A stretch of DNA of 64,000 bases from Yuukianura sp. NJ FZ-2021 (Eukaryota). Both the position numbers and the translations under genes were made by a program. The stretch spans positions 1,798,001-1,862,000 of the forward strand of contig CM102285.1 in assembly GCA_046563655.1 (NCBI GenBank), in the 5' to 3' direction. This document shows, in pieces, positions 61,485 to 64,000 of this stretch. Each line of letters starts with the position of its first letter. Position 1 is the stretch's first letter. The notes under the pieces are model-generated. The model saw nothing but the letters and a program-made list of their open reading frames with translations, was not told the origin of the DNA and made no database searches.

Positions 61485-63827
61485 TCACGTGCTAAAATAT
61501 GGGTCAACTTTTGTCGCTTTAAATCTACAAATCGCGTACAGGTGAAATACAGATTTACCAGCGATATGGGACACATTTTTCACTCGGAGTGCGTAGTATT
61601 TATCAACTGATGATCTTAATTCATAAATAAGTGCTAAGATGCATAAACCCAAACAAAATAGCAACAAGTAAAAACACGTAATAACGTTTCCTGTCAAGTT
61701 CAATACTTTAGGTCGACTTTTAAGCCATGCTGACTTTTCATGTTCGTGCAAAATCTTGTCGTTTGCATTAGGTCTGGTCAGGGGAACCCACTTTCCCCAC
61801 AAATTATAAATCCCAGAGGACATAAGATGTTGCATTCTTTTGTAACTATACTCATGTGCAAAAGTGTATCCTAGAACCATCTTAGCTAGTGGTTCTGTTC
61901 CTTTTCGGAAATTTACAGAAGACATTCCTTCCGGCCGTATACTGTTTTCATCATAGGCCAAAAACAAATCTAAGTTACGCTCCGGCAAAACTAGCGCTAT
62001 TTTAGAACAAAACGAGAGAAGTTCTGAAAGTCTCTTGAATAGAACACTGACATCTGAATATCTGTGAACGGTGTTTAAATGTTGGAAAACGCCTAATATA
62101 AATGTTGTAGGATATTTACGCTGTTCAATTATGCTGAGTTCGTCCATAGGAACTTTGATGTTTCGCAGTTCGTTTTTGTTGTAGTATACAAAAAAGCTGT
62201 AGCAAAGAGACGACCGAGCTTCAGCGTATAAAAAATTTATGCAACTGAAACTTTCCGAGTTTCTGAAATGTACGATTCGCCGTAAAGCAGGATTCCCGGA
62301 AACTTTAGTGGGGAGAGAATTGAAAGATGACACATTACCATGACGCCATTCTCTGCACTTGCAAGAAAATAGTGTCAAAAGTTCATACGTAGTAAAACTG
62401 GTAGAGTTATTCCACGATTTAACAGTTCTTGTAGTGTGGTAGTAAGATTCTACGTCCATTATTATGACAAAACCTTCTAACTGACTGAATGTGTGGTAAA
62501 TTTGTGTAAGGGGTTCCCGAGTAGTCAAGTAAGACACAACGACACCCTTGTATGCATTTGTCAGAATGACGCTCAACAGCATCCACAAAGTAATCACACA
62601 AATTTGACGATTTTGGGCAATCTTTTGCTGCGGTTCGGTAGAAACTTCAACCAGACTAGAAAAAAATACTATACAAAAATCCAGTCCAATTGGAACAAAC
62701 TTAAATCCAAAATTTGTTTGTGGAGTTTGGGCATGGATCACCCAAGCAACACATAATGTGAGTGAAACTCCTGTTGCCAATGCTGTGTACCAAGAGTATA
62801 TGTCGTACGGTTTTGTATAGATTTCAAAACTAAGCGTGTCAGTGACACCGTCACAAGTCAAAAAAGTTATGTTCTCAATTCCAGTAGGAACAAAGTAATT
62901 TGAATTCTCACTCGGCGCAAGAAAAGTTCCGATTGCCTCTGCTAGTTGTACCATACGTGATTTAAATCGATGTTTCGCTTCGTTCGATACAAAAATTTCA
63001 TCCTTGTCCAACAATAGTAACGGAATGTAGTGTTCCAGCGACAAGTCTTTTCCGTATGCATGGGCTTTGAACGGGTTCAAAATTTTACTTCCATCTACCA
63101 CTTTTACCATCCTTTTTATTAGTCTCTTTTTACTAGCTAAGGCAGGCGACCCCTTCGAAATTGGTCTAGTTGTGTGAAAGCCTTTCAACTCCAGCACTTC
63201 TGTTGTGTTCATTGGGCACCATACATAGTCTTCGTCCAAATATAATACTTCGGAGATCTCACATTCTATAAAACTTTTGAAATATTTGTAGCGCGAGGTC
63301 AGCTGATAAAAGAATACATCAATATTGCCCGGAAATACTGGGACGTGGACTGGGTAATGAGAGTCATTCTGCATGAAAATATGTACCGACATTCCCTGAA
63401 GTCTCTTCCGATTAGCCGAGTATTTCTCATTACCATAGTTTGAGTTAAAGCATGTTTTGAACGGAGCTTTATATTCGTGACGTACATACACACTATATGG
63501 AAAAATGAGAAAAATTTCTAAGGATTTTAGATTTCTTGAAAATTGCCAGTTGTTTACTACACTATCAGTAACGTGCCAGACATTCTTCACAATGCTACCC
63601 ACAAAAAAACTTTCACAGTTTCCTTGTTTGTGCCACATGTAGTACAACTTTATGGGAACAGCAAAACTTGATGTAATTTCAAATTGAGTGTTCTCGGCTA
63701 CTACCAAGTTGTCACTATATGGAAACTGGTCTATCAGTTTGTGAAGGTTCTGGATGTGGTATTGCGTTGAACTTGTTAAGGCAAGTAAATTCAAAATTAC
63801 TTTTCCAACAACCCAAATAGACAACAT
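61485..63827 (-). CDS. Intronless divergent ionotropic receptor (IR / iGluR-derived) membrane protein, 780 aa
   Basis: Single long ATG-initiated ORF with a hydrophobic N-terminus. IR-like landmarks appear in order: KPYDIYSW (pre-M1 PF...W), TLWMLLSVILTNAYKGVVVSYLT (degenerate M3), HLMSSGIYNLW (S2 L.E.GI...W) and LNLTGNVITCFYLLLFCLGLCILALIYE (M4). Confidence 0.75.
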   Translation of the reverse strand: MLSIWVVGKVILNLLALTSSTQYHIQNLHKLIDQFPYSDNLVVAENTQFEITSSFAVPIKLYYMWHKQGNCESFFVGSIVKNVWHVTDSVVNNWQFSRNLKSLEIFLIFPYSVYVRHEYKAPFKTCFNSNYGNEKYSANRKRLQGMSVHIFMQNDSHYPVHVPVFPGNIDVFFYQLTSRYKYFKSFIECEISEVLYLDEDYVWCPMNTTEVLELKGFHTTRPISKGSPALASKKRLIKRMVKVVDGSKILNPFKAHAYGKDLSLEHYIPLLLLDKDEIFVSNEAKHRFKSRMVQLAEAIGTFLAPSENSNYFVPTGIENITFLTCDGVTDTLSFEIYTKPYDIYSWYTALATGVSLTLCVAWVIHAQTPQTNFGFKFVPIGLDFCIVFFSSLVEVSTEPQQKIAQNRQICVITLWMLLSVILTNAYKGVVVSYLTTREPLTQIYHTFSQLEGFVIIMDVESYYHTTRTVKSWNNSTSFTTYELLTLFSCKCREWRHGNVSSFNSLPTKVSGNPALRRIVHFRNSESFSCINFLYAEARSSLCYSFFVYYNKNELRNIKVPMDELSIIEQRKYPTTFILGVFQHLNTVHRYSDVSVLFKRLSELLSFCSKIALVLPERNLDLFLAYDENSIRPEGMSSVNFRKGTEPLAKMVLGYTFAHEYSYKRMQHLMSSGIYNLWGKWVPLTRPNANDKILHEHEKSAWLKSRPKVLNLTGNVITCFYLLLFCLGLCILALIYELRSSVDKYYALRVKNVSHIAGKSVFHLYAICRFKATKVDPYFST

Positions 63828-64000
63828 AGTTTCTAGAAAAAACGTTGAATTTGGGGTGAATTTGTGTTGGTTTGAAAGTTAAAATTTTGCTAAATATTTT
63901 TCTGCTACTAGTGCAAAAGCATTGTGTTAGGTCGAAAGAAAGGCAAAACTCAGAAAGAGCATAGCTTATACTATTTGCGGACTTTATGTAAATTTCTTTT

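Overview
Eukaryotic, AT-rich, intron-containing DNA from an arthropod. A non-insect hexapod such as a springtail is my best guess, inferred from a Mu-class GST, an intronless divergent ionotropic receptor and short introns. There is one 100-N scaffold gap at 13800-13899. The left ~42 kb is almost all intronic and regulatory DNA of a minus-strand KLF6/7 (luna-like) gene: coding exon 1 at 40563-40664, a ~29.9-kb intron, and exon 2 at 9764-10655. The exons for zinc fingers 2-3 were not found and probably lie left of the window. The right ~21 kb is a compact cluster of six loci: neuroguidin (+), a CYP2-clan P450 disabled by an exonic MITE and micro-duplications (-), MCRS1 (-), a ~14-finger C2H2 protein (+), a Mu-class GST (-) and a single-exon divergent IR (-). 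Many non-autonomous DNA transposons, foldbacks and minisatellites are present. The most striking unexplained signal is an array of IR1 (ecdysone-response-element-type) palindromes with an exact 25-bp period next to KLF exon 2. Perfect DR1 nuclear-receptor repeats also occur across the KLF introns, suggesting hormone-receptor control built partly from tandem repeats. No prokaryotic features (CRISPR, operons) and no RNA genes were recognised.
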